Notes under the pieces: model-generated
Databases searched by the model: none
What the model was told of the DNA's origin: nothing
The model's input: only the letters and a program-made list of their open reading frames with translations
Source: Bacteroidales bacterium
Lineage (GTDB): Bacteria; Bacteroidota; Bacteroidia; Bacteroidales; UBA932
NCBI GenBank assembly: GCA_040766795.1
Contig: JAXGPW010000007.1
Span: forward strand, 18,769-82,768
Direction: 5' to 3'
DNA: 64,000 nt
Part shown: piece after piece, positions 1-11,314 of the stretch
Position numbering within the stretch: position 1 is the first letter of the stretch
Layout of the letters: each line of letters starts with the position of its first letter
Program-made: the position numbers and the translations under genes

Positions 1-879
1 CTCCATTCTGCCGGATTGGTGGCAAACATATTTCTATCGGATGGGCAGTTGATATTTTATACGGAAGGACTCAACAGCCCCAGAATCGACTTTACTGCCA
101 GAAAGCAGGGACTCTATCCGTACGGTCCACTTGTGGTGCTGGTAGATGAGAATTCCGCCTCCTCCAGCGAAATTGTTGCAGGAGCAATCCAAGATTGGGA
201 TAGAGGAGTAGTAATTGGTCGCAGGACCTTTGGGAAGGGACTTGTTCAGCGTACTTTTACCCTTTCCGATGGCTCTCAGATCAATCTTACAATAGCTCGC
301 TACCACACTCCTTCCGGTAGAGTAATTCGCCCTTATGAAGCCGGGAAGCGCGAAGAATACTACCGCCACCAATATTATGATCGATACGCCAGCGGAGAGA
401 TATTCAGCAGGGATAGCATAAGAGTGAATGATTCGCTCGAGTTTACCACTCTAAAACTTGAAAGGAAAATCTATGGAGGGGGCGGTATAATTCCCGATCT
501 TTTTGTCCCAAGAGATACTACCGGGATTACTCTTACTACACCTCTCTTGTGTTGAGAGGAATTATCAATGATTTCGTCAATCGCTATGTTGATGCCCACA
601 GGCCGCTTTTGATCCTGCACTCTCCTTTGAAGAGTTTTATGCAAGCATGAATTGGAAGAAGAGTTGCTGGCAGGATTGATAGAACATGCCCGTACATTGG
701 GACTTTCCCCCGATTATGAGCAGATTTCTTCATCGCTCGAATTAATCCATACTCAGCTCAAGGCGTTGCTTGCCAGATCTCTTTATGGCAATACGGCTTA
801 TTACCGTGTCATCAACAAGGAGCATGACTGGGAGTTTGCATCGGCGATGGAGGTTATTAAGCATTGGGAGTATAGATAG
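1..879 (+). pseudogene. S41 family C-terminal processing (tail-specific) peptidase; 5' end lies outside the window; frame broken about three times between ~525 and ~650
   Basis: ORF 16-555 carries the S41 core [39 protein letters not shown]. The protein continues as [21 protein letters not shown] and AAFDPALSFEEFYASMNW in other frames, then ORF 652-879. Confidence 0.8.
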
Positions 880-881
880 GA

Positions 882-1925
882 TCAGTTCTCCGTTGCTTTT
901 GACATCTCCCTGGCGGTAAATGCTTTTTGGTATGCTCTCGCATTCCTCAGATGCTGTTTGTAATCCTTTGCAAATGAATGTTGGCCGTCAAAGGTATCTT
1001 TGGCGCAAAAGTATATATAATCGTGATCCTCATAGTTGAGTACGGCATCGAGCGCACTAATGGGCGGTATGGTGATGGGGCCGGGGGGAAGTCCTATATA
1101 TTTATAGGTATTGTAGGGTGAATCCACGGTCAGATGGGTTCTGAGGACTCTTCTGATGGAACGGTCGCCTATTGCGAAAAGTACCGTGGGGTCGGCTTGC
1201 AGCCTCATTCCCTTTTTTAGTCTGTTCATATAGACTCCGGCAATGGTAGCCATCTCAGGTTCATATTTTGTCTCTTCTATGACGATGGAGGCGAGTGTGC
1301 TAACCTGTTCCTTTGTCAGACCAATGGAATCGGCTTTTGCACAACGTTCCTCATTCCAGAATTTGTCATACTCCTTTTTCATCTTCTCCAGAAACTCCAC
1401 CGGTGTCACTGTCCACCACATTTCGTAAGTATTGGGGATGATCATTCCCGGATAAGAGGCTTCCGTGAAGCCAAATGAGTGCATCAGCATGGTATCGCAT
1501 AATACTTGCATGAAGAGTGCAGAATCTGCCTCAAGCTTTGAGGAGAGCATCTGAGCCAATTTCTCTTTCGAACGGATATACCCGCTAATGGTCACATCAG
1601 TCGGTGTCTGCCAGCCGTGTGCAATACTCCTTACGATAGCCTTGTTGTTCATCCCCTTTTTGAATTTGTATAGTCCGGGCTTAAAAGAGTCCTCAAGTCC
1701 CATTGCCTTCGCAACAAAATGAAATGTTGCTTTGTTGGCGAGCATTTCCGATGTATCGATGGCTCTGCTTAATTGCTCGTAGTCCATATTGCGATAAACC
1801 TTTATAAAACCCTCTTCAGCGATATTGTTTTTATGGAAAATAAAGTAGTAACCAAAAACCAGGAGGGCTCCGGCAGCAGCCATTGAGATCAATACGATCA
1901 GGATTATTTTCTTATAAAGTTTCAT
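882..1925 (-). CDS. mltG: endolytic murein transglycosylase MltG (YceG-like)
   Basis: 347-aa ORF with an N-terminal TM helix and a YceG-like core (LASIVIEETKY..IAGVYMNRLKKGMRLQADPTV..YNTYKYIGLPPGPI). Confidence 0.85.
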   Translation of the reverse strand: MKLYKKIILIVLISMAAAGALLVFGYYFIFHKNNIAEEGFIKVYRNMDYEQLSRAIDTSEMLANKATFHFVAKAMGLEDSFKPGLYKFKKGMNNKAIVRSIAHGWQTPTDVTISGYIRSKEKLAQMLSSKLEADSALFMQVLCDTMLMHSFGFTEASYPGMIIPNTYEMWWTVTPVEFLEKMKKEYDKFWNEERCAKADSIGLTKEQVSTLASIVIEETKYEPEMATIAGVYMNRLKKGMRLQADPTVLFAIGDRSIRRVLRTHLTVDSPYNTYKYIGLPPGPITIPPISALDAVLNYEDHDYIYFCAKDTFDGQHSFAKDYKQHLRNARAYQKAFTAREMSKATEN

Positions 1926-2788
1926 CGGGTTCTTTTTCTTAAATTGATGATACTACCGGGGAGAGGTTCTGTCCCGGGAGCAAGGTTATTGTATTTACGC
2001 AGATATTTCATACGTACTCCGTATCGTTGAGAGATACTCCAAAGTGTTTCATCCTCTTCTACTACGTGACGATCCAAATGTCTTGCGCTCTCCTTCCTTT
2101 TCTTTTCAAGGTAAATGACCATTCCCGAGTGATTTTATCCTTTCTGTCCAGGTCGTTAAAATGATAAAGTTCAAATCTGAAGAGGTCATATTCCTGCTGT
2201 GACGAATGTGTCATACTCAGTAGCTATAATGTAAGCAACTTTATTGCGACTGTAAACTTCCCGGTAAAGGGAGACGCGATAGAGAGGAGAGCCTTTGTAG
2301 GGTGTATTCTGACTGAGACTTCGGCTTCACTTGGGGAGGGAGGAATTAGCGATACAGTATCGTATCGGTAGAGCTGATGCCTTTCTATGATGGATATCAA
2401 TAATTCTGCATAATTGGGTGCAGTAGCATAGCCCGCCTTTTTCAGCCCGTAGCTCCACCCTTTGTAATCGTAAGGTTCCAGGATCGAATAGAAATGCATA
2501 ATGGTCCCAATATCTTAGAAAGTCGGAGTGGATCACGAAAAGATTCCTCGCATGGTTGTATTTTCTGAAACACTCATTTGGGGCGTCGTCACTATGTTTG
2601 ATAGTCTTCCCTTCCAGCCGTGCAGCATTTATCACCAAAATGGTTGTTCGCTTCTCTTGCAAGATAGGAATTGCCATTGCCCGACTCCAACAGGCTTTGG
2701 CCAGAGTGATACTGGCCGGAATGCCGGAAATGGCCATTTCTTTAATTGCAAGCTCACTGTAACGTGCTATATATTCGCTACGGCTCAT
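1922..2788 (-). pseudogene. cell-wall hydrolase with a glucosaminidase (endo-beta-N-acetylglucosaminidase) domain and C-terminal LysM; several frameshifts
   Basis: Fragments MSRSEYIARYSELAIKEMAISGIPASITLA.., ..GKTIKHSDDAPNECFRKYNHA.., ..YDYKGWSYGLKKAGYATAPNYAELLISIIERHQLYRYD and the LysM-like HVVEEDETLWSISQRYGVRMKYLRKYNNL lie in different frames of one strand. Confidence 0.7.
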
Positions 2789-2989
2789 TCGGGGGATTGC
2801 CCCGCGAGCAGCTGCGAAACAGCGATGACCAATATGCATATTACGCGTTTCATCTCGGTTCAACCCAACAAAGGTAGTACATTTGGCCAAAACTAAAAAA
2901 TGTCATAAATTCGCAGAATAAAGTAGAAAATCGGGTATGACAGAACGACACTGTGTATAAAGTATCTCGAATATTCATCCGCTTCAAAG

Positions 2990-3412
2990 ATGCCCTCTGA
3001 AGATGGAGAACTCCTCGAAAGTGCTATCAGCGCAGCGGAGGGTGCCTATGCAAAGTATTCGTCATTTAGGGTGGGAGCGGCTGTGCGGATGAGCAACGGA
3101 GTAGTCGTCATAGGTTCAAATCAGGAAAATGCAGCATACCCTTCGGGGCTTTGCGCTGAGCGTACGGCTCTATTTTATGCTTCAGCTCGTTATCCCGGAG
3201 AGAGTGTTGAGGCTATTGCCGTAGTGGCTCTGGATGATAAGGGTGTATTGACCGAACTGACTTATCCCTGCGGTGCCTGTCGTCAGGTAATGGCGGAGTA
3301 TGAGATGCGTGCAGGTCGCGAAATGAGGATAATTGTGGGCAGCGCAGGCGTGGTGCAGGTATTCACCGGAGTTAGATCTTTAATGCCATTTATTTTTGAT
3401 AATTTGGCATAA
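2990..3412 (+). CDS. cdd: cytidine deaminase
   Basis: CAERTALF and PCGACRQVMAEY zinc-binding motifs. An ATG at 2937 followed by ..TTLCIKYLEYSSASK in the CDS frame suggests the true N-terminus is cut off by a 1-nt indel near 2940-2950. Confidence 0.85.
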   Translation: MPSEDGELLESAISAAEGAYAKYSSFRVGAAVRMSNGVVVIGSNQENAAYPSGLCAERTALFYASARYPGESVEAIAVVALDDKGVLTELTYPCGACRQVMAEYEMRAGREMRIIVGSAGVVQVFTGVRSLMPFIFDNLA

Positions 3413-3417
3413 AAAAA

Positions 3418-3514
3418 GGGTAAGCTTGATATATCGCACCGCTACAACCATTTACCCTTGCTGCCTTCCGACCCTGGGGGAGTTCAATGGGAGCTGGTCG
3501 TATATGACTTACCC
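3418..3514 (-). ncRNA. ffs: signal recognition particle RNA (4.5S-type, small SRP RNA)
   Basis: The minus strand reads GGGUAAG..CCCCCAGGGUCGGAAGGCAGCAAGGGUAA..CUUACCC. It has a GGAA tetraloop, the conserved AGCA symmetric-loop motif, and a terminal helix GGGUAAG/CUUACCC closing a ~97-nt hairpin. Confidence 0.75.
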
Positions 3515-3565
3515 AACTACAAAATTAGCCATTTTTTTTGAATTAACAATCTTTTTTGACTCTCA

Positions 3566-4756
3566 TTGATACCGGAAAAATCCCATAAGATAGCGGTAGG
3601 CCTTTCCGGAGGCGTGGATTCCAGTGTCGCGGCGCTGCTTTTAAAGCGTGCCGGCCTTGATGTTTTCGCCCTATTCATGCAAAATTGGCACGATACGACC
3701 GGGACTCTTCACGGTGACTGCGAATGGGAAGAAGATCGCTATGTAGCGGAAATGGTGGCCAAAAAAATCAATATTCCCTTTCATTTTGTTGATTTGAGCG
3801 AGATATACCGTGAACGTGTTGTGGACTATATGTTCAGTGAATATGAAAAGGGACGTACACCCAATCCCGACGTACTTTGCAACCGTGAGATTAAATTCGA
3901 TGCCTTTCTAAAGGCGGCACTTGACCTCGGGGCAGATTTTGTGGCCACCGGCCACTATTGCCGCAAAGATCAATTTCAGGATGGCCACGGCAATACCATA
4001 TACCGCATTTTATCCGGCAAAGACTCTGCAAAGGATCAGAGTTACTTTCTTTGCCAATTAAACCAGCAGCAGCTGAGTCGGGCACTTTTCCCGATAGGGG
4101 ATCTGCTTAAAAGCGAAGTCAGGAAGTTGGCGCGTGAGGCGCAGCTCCCGAGTGCTGAGAAGAAAGATTCGCAAGGTATCTGTTTTGTCGGAAAGGTAGA
4201 TTTGCCGCTATTTCTTCAGCAAAAAATTCAACCCAAAGAGGGTGAAGTAGTGGAGATATTCCGAGAGCATTATGAATCGCTAACCGAGCCGGAGTCTCTT
4301 GAAGAGCTCTCTCGTCCGCATTTCTATACCCCTTCGCAGGGAAAGGTCATCGGAGTCCACCGGGGGGCATATTTCTACACAATCGGCCAGCGTAAAGGAC
4401 TCGATATCGGCGGTCACAAGGAGCCCTTATTCATACTCTCAATTGATATAGATACCAACACGATATATGTGGGAGAGGGGGAGTCGCACCCCGGACTCTA
4501 CCGCCGTGCACTGAAAATTCTTCCTTCAGAGCTTCACTGGATCAGGCCCGATCTCGCTTTAAAAATAGGAGAGGAGTTAGAGTGCGATATCCGTATCCGA
4601 TACCGACAGCCCCTGCAGAAAGGTCGCCTTATATGTCGTGATGAGGCCCTCTATATACTATTTAATGAGCCCCAGAGAGGTATAACACCGGGCCAATTTG
4701 CGGTCTGGTATTTACCGGACGGGGAAATGCTCGGAAGTGGAGTTATCCATGACTGA
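3566..4756 (+). CDS. mnmA: tRNA 2-thiouridine(34) synthase MnmA
   Basis: PP-loop VGLSGGVDSSVAALL, NPDVLCN, and the rest of the MnmA architecture. The start codon at 3566 is TTG, so the start is uncertain. Confidence 0.9.
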   Translation: MIPEKSHKIAVGLSGGVDSSVAALLLKRAGLDVFALFMQNWHDTTGTLHGDCEWEEDRYVAEMVAKKINIPFHFVDLSEIYRERVVDYMFSEYEKGRTPNPDVLCNREIKFDAFLKAALDLGADFVATGHYCRKDQFQDGHGNTIYRILSGKDSAKDQSYFLCQLNQQQLSRALFPIGDLLKSEVRKLAREAQLPSAEKKDSQGICFVGKVDLPLFLQQKIQPKEGEVVEIFREHYESLTEPESLEELSRPHFYTPSQGKVIGVHRGAYFYTIGQRKGLDIGGHKEPLFILSIDIDTNTIYVGEGESHPGLYRRALKILPSELHWIRPDLALKIGEELECDIRIRYRQPLQKGRLICRDEALYILFNEPQRGITPGQFAVWYLPDGEMLGSGVIHD

Positions 4757-4792
4757 TTCTTCATACAAGTTTAACCTCAAATCACAATCATA

Positions 4793-6224
4793 ATGACTTC
4801 TTTTAGAAAACTATTTCTGCTTTCGCTGGTAACAGCATTTACACTGGTTTCCTGTGGTGATCCGGTCAATCCGACACCGGTCCTTTCGGATGCTGCAAAC
4901 CTAAATTCCGTCTCCTTCTCTACGGTAGACAACCCTTCAATGTCCGTTTCAGCGCATTCTACTCCCTGTCTGGGTTATCTGGCAGTGACAGTCCCCGAAG
5001 GTTCCAATATTAGTGCACTAAAGGCAACTTATTATGTCTCTGATGGTGCGGAAGTGCTGATAAAAGGGCAAAAGCAGGTGAGTGGTCAAACCATCAATGA
5101 CTTCTCAAATATTGTAGATTTGCAGGTGGTATCCGAGTCCGGAAAAGTAAAGAAAGATTATGTTCTCTATGTAAAGACCGGCAATGCATCGGTTGATGCA
5201 CAATTTTATCAGTTTATGAACAAACATTCCGTACCTGGGGTCTCCTTTTCAGTCATGAGAGGCGAGAAGGTGGTCTATACTACAGGATACGGCTATGCGG
5301 TAACGGAGTCGAGGATAAAAACCACTCCCGACCATCTTTTCCGCTTGGCGAGTATCTCCAAACAGTTTACGACACTCTGCATAATGGTGCTTTACGAGAG
5401 GGGAATGCTTGGAATAGATGATAAGGTTTTTGGTGAAAATGGTATTCTCAAAAAAGAATTCAAAACCAAAGGTATGGAGGATATGATTACCGTACGACAT
5501 CTTCTTCAACATTCAGCCGGATGGACAAGAGAGGTACTTGATCCAATGTTCAGCAGTGTCAGAAACGGCAAAACTCTCGACGAACTCCTTCAGTGGGTGC
5601 TTGACAATCAGAATCTTAAATTTACTCCCGGATCCAACTATGAGTATTCCAACGTAGGATTCTCATTCCTGGGCCGCATTGTAGAGGTTGTGAGCGGCAA
5701 GCCTTTTGAAACCTTCCTTAAGGAAGATGTTCTAAAGCCGATGGGTGTTACTGATATTCATGTGGGAGGTGGCCAGGATGAGCGCAGACCTAATGCAGCG
5801 TGTCTATTATTCACAGGACGGCACCAATGGTTATGGCAATCCCATGCAGGTGATCGCTGCCTGTGGCGGTATCATAGCATCTACCAATCAGATGATGACG
5901 GTTTTGGCACACATTGATAGAGATGGTGTTCCAGATATTCTGAAGCCGGAAACTCTCGATCTGATGTATAATTCCGAAATAGATCCAATGCAGATCCGAG
6001 TACCAATCTTTAGGAGATATGGTCTTGGATGGAGACGTCTTGCCGGATACTATCCCGGTGCTCACTGGCACGGCGGCAATATTGCCGGTACTGCTACTAT
6101 ATGGGTTGGCAATACAAATGCCGGAATGAGTGCGGCCATTCTTTGCAACTCCCGGAGTTACGACAAAAGTATTGATGGTGATATGCAGACCATGATCCGC
6201 GACCTCATGGAGGTATTTCAGTAA
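4793..6224 (+). pseudogene. serine hydrolase of the beta-lactamase (class C/PBP4*-like) family, lipoprotein; one frameshift near 5790
   Basis: Lipobox LVSC, SxxK motif ASISKQFT, and YSNVGF. ORF 4793-5917 continues as ..YYSQDGTNGYGNPMQVIAACGGIIAS.. in ORF 5745-6224. Confidence 0.75.
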
Positions 6225-6260
6225 TATTAATAAATGAAATATGGTGGGGAAGGAGGTGAT

Positions 6261-7549
6261 ATGAGTGACATTATAGTGATAGGAGGAGGCTGGCCGGTAT
6301 GATGGCTGCCATCAAGGCGGCCGAAAGAGGTACTAAAGTCACCCTTCTCGAGAAAAATAATATTTGCGGTAAAAAGATTCTCATTACCGGAAAGGGAAGG
6401 TGCAATCTGACCAACACAAAGTCTTGGTCGGAGTTCTCTACTCATATCCACCCTCGGCAAATTTTCTAAAACCGGCATTTTTCAATTTCAGCAATGCTGC
6501 GACTATAGATTATTTTAACTCAATAGGTTTGCCCACCACCGTAGAGCAGGGTGAGCGGGTTTTCCTCTCATCCATGCGGTGCGGCAGATGTGCCGGCAGT
6601 GCTTGTAGAGCGGATGGAGAAATTGGGAGTTGAAATTATATGTTCCTCGCATGTTCTAAATGTCTCTTATAGTGATGCTCTTTTCCATTGTCTCTGCAGC
6701 AGAAGTGATTCTTTGCGTGGAGAGCGTATGGATATGGTGAAATACTCTGCTCCGGTACTGATAATTGCGACCGGAGGTCTTTCTTATCCCGGTACCGGTC
6801 TCTCACCGGTGACGGATATGAATTTGCAAAGAGCCTGGATCACTCGGTAACGGAGACTTTTCCCTCACTTACGGCTTTAATGCCACGGAATACGACACTG
6901 ATTTGGTTGGGATAGAGCTGAAAAATGTTGGACTTTCTCTCTTTATCGATATGGATTTGATAAAAATTGAGGATGGCGATCTTTCCTTTACCTCCAACGG
7001 CATAGAGGGAGCCCTTGGCTTCAGATTGAGCAGGCGAGCGGTACTGGCCCTTATGAATGGGCAGAGAGTTGAACTTGTGCTGGACCTCAAGCCGGCTCTA
7101 TCGTTAGAAAAACTGCGGGCGCGCATCTCCAGAGACTTGGAGCGGATGGGAGTGACGGCTACCAATGTGGGACGCAACAGATTTCGTACTCTTCTACGCG
7201 GACTTATGCCGGCAACACTCTTAGACCCTTTTCAGCATCATCACCCGGATCTAAGCCTCTCCAACCTTCCGGATAAGCTAAAAGAGTGGAGATTCGAGAT
7301 TAAATCTTATACCGGATATGAGCGTGCAGTGGTCACCGCCGGAGGTATTCCTCAGAAAGAAATAATCGCCAAGACTATGGCTTCCAAAAACAACCGAATC
7401 TCTACTTCGCGGGAGAAGTACTCGATATTGACGGAGATACGGGAGGTTACAATCTGCAGGTGGCCTTTTCTACCGGAGCCCTTGCCGGTCAATCCGCCGC
7501 TCAGCAGATATTGAAGCTGAAAGCCTCTGACGTCTCCACTCCAGAGTGA
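6261..7549 (+). pseudogene. NAD(P)/FAD-dependent oxidoreductase of the HI0933/BaiN-like flavoprotein family; at least 4 frameshifts
   Basis: MSDIIVIGGG..MAAIKAAERGTKVTLLEKNNICGKKILITGKGRCNLTN, ..VLIIATGGLSYPGTG.., ..VTAGGI.. and the C-terminal [20 protein letters not shown] are spread over all three + frames. Confidence 0.7.
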
Positions 7550-7595
7550 AAGGGAGGCTCTTATCAACAATACTCCTGGTACAGGATTCCGAAGA

Positions 7596-8012
7596 TCAGC
7601 AGATCTCCATTCTTAGCAAGGTGTTGCGAGATATAACTGCCATCTTTCGGCCGATATACTCCTGAGTGATCTCCGGACAGAGTTCTTGCAGTCGTTCCGC
7701 AGGTTTTAGAGGTATTGGGATGACGGTAGTAGCATCAAATGACGTGCTTCGGGTTAAGGCAAAAAGCCCTCCCTCGGCCAGAATATTGCCGGCATAAAGA
7801 GTGACTCCGAAGCCGACTGCATCATAATAACGCCTGGCAAATCTCTCGGAAATAGCTTTGCCTGATTTGCAAATCCTTATGCAGATGCATGGAGCCGCTT
7901 CCAGAACAGTGATGATATCGGGACAATAAAAATCCCTCGCCTCATGCACCATTGTGGTATCAGGGCGAAAGTAATAATTGTCGCAATCGTAAGGAAAAAC
8001 TATGAGATTCAT
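7596..8012 (-). CDS. hypothetical protein, weak similarity to short fumarylacetoacetate-hydrolase-fold proteins
   Basis: 138-aa ORF whose start overlaps the stop of the upstream exonuclease gene by 4 nt. The segment KSGKAISERFARRYYDAVGFGV resembles FAH-family proteins. Function is not established. Confidence 0.3.
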   Translation of the reverse strand: MNLIVFPYDCDNYYFRPDTTMVHEARDFYCPDIITVLEAAPCICIRICKSGKAISERFARRYYDAVGFGVTLYAGNILAEGGLFALTRSTSFDATTVIPIPLKPAERLQELCPEITQEYIGRKMAVISRNTLLRMEIC

Positions 8013-8803
8013 CTTGAATTGAAGAGATCCTTGAGCTCACTCTCCTTGTGTTTCATCCAGATGTCGGTAATCACCTGCTTTGTATCGCGGGTAAATTCGC
8101 CTTTCATCATCCAGTCATAATAACTGGGTTCACTTTTGAATACATCGACTACTCTTTTACCTTTGTGTTTACCGAAATTGAATATCGGCTCATCGGAAGA
8201 GTCCCGTGCAATTCTCCCTGCAAAATCTACCATTTTACCCCTTTCGGAGAACGAGGCGAGAAACTTTACGTTATTTTGTAGTTCATGATATCTTTCGACC
8301 TGAGCCTCAAGTACTTCGAGGGTAGCAATGGCATCTCCCTCGGCGGAGTGCGCATTATCAAGTTCTTTGTTACAGTAGAAGCGATAAGCGGCAACCAAGG
8401 TTCGTGGCTCCATCTTGTGGAAAATGTTTTGCACATCTATCATCTCGATCTGCCTGAAGTCAAACTCGACACCTGCTCTTAGAAATTCCTCAGCCAGTAT
8501 TGGAATATCAAATTTGAGGGAATTAAAGCCGGCTATGTCGGAGCCGCTCATCCAGTCGGCCAACGATTTTGCTATTTGCTTGAATGTGGGGCAATCCTTG
8601 ACATCTTCGTCACTGATACCATGAATCATGCGAGACTCTTCCGGTATGGGTATCTCAGGGTTGATTCTGCGGGTCTTATGTTCGCGGGAACCGTCTGGAA
8701 AGAGTTTTATGACGCTGATTTCTACAATCCTGTCTTCAGCAACGCTAAGTCCGGTGGTCTCAATGTCAAATACTAGGATGGGCCTCTTAAGATCCAGTAC
8801 CAT
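8009..8803 (-). CDS. DnaQ-like 3'-5' exonuclease (DNA polymerase III epsilon-like / ExoX-like)
   Basis: ExoI motif VFDIETTGL, ExoII FNSLKFDIPIL, and ExoIII HSAEGDAIAT. Immediately downstream of dnaN. Confidence 0.85.
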   Translation of the reverse strand: MVLDLKRPILVFDIETTGLSVAEDRIVEISVIKLFPDGSREHKTRRINPEIPIPEESRMIHGISDEDVKDCPTFKQIAKSLADWMSGSDIAGFNSLKFDIPILAEEFLRAGVEFDFRQIEMIDVQNIFHKMEPRTLVAAYRFYCNKELDNAHSAEGDAIATLEVLEAQVERYHELQNNVKFLASFSERGKMVDFAGRIARDSSDEPIFNFGKHKGKRVVDVFKSEPSYYDWMMKGEFTRDTKQVITDIWMKHKESELKDLFNSR

Positions 8804-8807
8804 AGTT

Positions 8808-9927
8808 CTAAACGTTGATCATCACAGGCATCAGCAGTGCACGGAGCTCCTCATCGGGGTCTGTCTCATCAGCCGAAACTATCAGTACGGCCTTAAATGG
8901 ATCTGCAAGCTCCATACATACGTTGGTGTAGGGGAGATTGGTAAGGATTTCAATCAGGAACTGTGCCTTAAATCCTATTTCCATCTCGTCACCTTCGTAA
9001 TTGCAGGAAAGGCGCTCATAAGCTGATGTGGAAAAACTCAGGTCTTGTGCCGACACAACTAATTCATTGAGCGATAGTTTGAGCTTAATCTGGTTAGAAG
9101 CTTGTGCGGAGCATACCGCAATGCGTCTTACGGAGTTTAGAAAATCTGTCCTGCCAATGGTGAGCTTATTGTCATTCTTGGGAATTACACTGCGATATTG
9201 AGGGTATTTGCCTTCGATCAGACGGCATACCAGCATGTTGGTGCCAAAGTTGAAATAGGCATTTTTTGAGTCAAAAACGATGGAAATCTTCTCTTCTACT
9301 TTCGGCAGGATGCTTCTTAGGATTGCTGCCGGTTTTTTGTGCAGAATGAAAGAGCACTGCTGTGCAACATTTGCATCCTTGAATTCAAAGCAGATGAGCT
9401 TATGTGCATCCGATGCCACCATGGCCGAGCTTTCCGGGGTAAGGTCAAAGAAGATACCGTTCATAACAGGACGCAGTTCTTCCTCTGCTGTAGCGTATAT
9501 TGTGTTATTGATACCATTCAGGAGAGTTTCCGCAGGGATTTCCAGAGTGTCGTGTGTCTCACCTAGGGCGGGGAGTTGAGGATAGTCATCTGCATTAAAA
9601 CAGGGTATCTTGGACTCACCGTTAATCCAGGTAATCTCCATTGTATTGTCGTGTCCATAGAATGTAAGCGGCTGGTCAGGAAACTCCTTCAGATAGTCGG
9701 TCAATCTTCTTGCGGGGACCGCAAATGCTCCCTCCTGTTGTAGCATTCTCTATGCTTATGACCGTCTTAAGGGTGGTTTCACCATCTGAAGCGGTCACGG
9801 TAAGAGCATTGTCTTTTAAGTCAAAAAGAAAATTCTCCAGAATGCTGGAAGAAGGTTTGTTTGCGATTACCCTTGATACAGATACCAGGCCGTGCAAAAG
9901 TTCTGAACTTGATACTGAAAATCTCAT
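8808..9927 (-). pseudogene. dnaN: DNA polymerase III beta subunit (sliding clamp); one frameshift near 9725
   Basis: N-terminal ORF 9676-9927 (MRFSVSSSELLHGLVSVSRVI..LTVTASDGETTLKT) joins ORF 8808-9746 (..QEGAFAVPARRLTDYLKEFPDQ..) in another frame. Confidence 0.9.
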
Positions 9928-10047
9928 ATTTCGTAATTTTATATATTTTTATCTCTAACTGCCAAATCTGGTTGTGACCCACAAATGTAATAATTTTTGG
10001 CATATATTTTGGTTTATTTTATATATCCTGCGAATAAATTAGAACTT

Positions 10048-11183
10048 ATGAAACGAAATACCCTTTTTTTACTGATTACCCTACTTCTTTCACTAACTAT
10101 TTCCATGGCTTGTGGCGGACAAGGTCGTGGAAACAAAGCTGTTGCAGCAACGGTTGCAGATGCTGATGGCAAGCGATCATCCATTTTTACATCGGCCTCC
10201 GGATCTGCAAATCGGACAGTTATTACTACCAATATGGGAGATTCTTTTCGGATGCTGCCGAAACGGCAGTCCATACTGTTGTTTATGTCAAAGTTGTCAA
10301 AAGGGCAGCGAAGATGCCCTCTTCCATAATGGATTTAATATTCGGCTTTGCGCACCCAAAAGATCAGGTGGGCATGGGTTCGGGAGTCATTATCCGTGAG
10401 GATGGTTATATAGTGACCAACAACCATGTAATAGCCGGTGCGGATCAGATAGAGGTGACTCTTGAAAACAACAAGTCCTATCCCGCGCGGCTGGTCGGAA
10501 CTGACCCTGCCACCGATCTGGCCCTGCTAAAGATTGATGAGGACTCTCTTCCCTCCATTGTCCTTGGAGACTCGGATAATTTGAGGCTTGGAGAGTGGGT
10601 GCTTGCAATTGGCAGCCCATACGATTTACGCTCTACCATTACAGCCGGTATTGTCAGTGCCAAAGGTCGTTCTCTTCCCAATTATGACGGCCAGTATCGT
10701 GTAGAGTCATTTATTCAGACAGATGCTGCGGTAAATCCCGGTAATAGCGGCGGAGCACTTATCAATACCATGGGGGAACTTGTAGGTATAAATACTTCCA
10801 TAATTTCTCTTACCGGTTCTTATGCCGGATACTCGTTTGCAGTACCTGTCAATATTGTGAAAAAGATTACCGATGACTTGATAAGGTACGGAGAGGTACG
10901 TCGTGCAATGCTCGGTATCTCCATGACAGATATCACGGAAGGTATGGCACGCCAGTTTAGTCTCGAGAGTATGGAGGGGGTCTATGTAGCAGAGGTGCAG
11001 CCAAACAGTGCTGCCGACAAGGGAGGCATCAAAGTAGGTGACATCATAACTGAGATAAATCTTAATAAAGTTAAAAATGGAGCTGCGGTACAGGAACAGA
11101 TGAATCGTCTGCGTCCGTGTGAACAGGCAGCGATTACCATCCAAAGAGGTGGAAAACAGATTGAATTGATCGTTTCTTTGTAA
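10048..11183 (+). pseudogene. HtrA/DegP-family serine protease (S1C) with one PDZ domain; frameshift near 10230
   Basis: Signal peptide from ATG 10048, then DFSDAAETAVHTVVYVKV in a second frame, then ORF 10314-11183 with TNNHV, D..LLKI, GNSGGAL and a PDZ segment. Confidence 0.8.
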
Positions 11184-11231
11184 AAGTTGCATTTATTTTG
11201 TAACTTTTTCCGAATATATTCGTACAATATA

Positions 11232-11275
11232 CACGTGCGGGAATTGAATTGCCGCATGTGCCTTATCTTTTTGTT
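11232..11275 (+). terminator. hairpin plus T-tract downstream of the HtrA-like gene
   Basis: CACGTGCGG / CCGCATGTG gives a 9-bp stem (one G-U pair), followed by CCTTATCTTTTTG. Confidence 0.45.
11264..11273 (+). promoter_or_regulatory. candidate Bacteroidota -7 element (TATCTTTTTG) upstream of rpoD
   Basis: The 12-mer CTTATCTTTTTG is identical to the one upstream of the 16S gene (26902-26913). It lies ~42 nt before ATG 11315. Confidence 0.4.
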
Positions 11276-11314
11276 CCAAACTATTATTACTAAAACCTTT
11301 ATTATAATTTCTGA

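Noticed and set aside
9928-10047. Possible replication origin in the AT-rich gap upstream of dnaN
   Set aside because: The gap is only ~120 nt, has no dnaA gene nearby, and has no cluster of DnaA boxes. The best match, TGACCCACA, fits TTATCCACA at 6 of 9 positions and occurs once. dnaN is not a reliable oriC marker in Bacteroidota.
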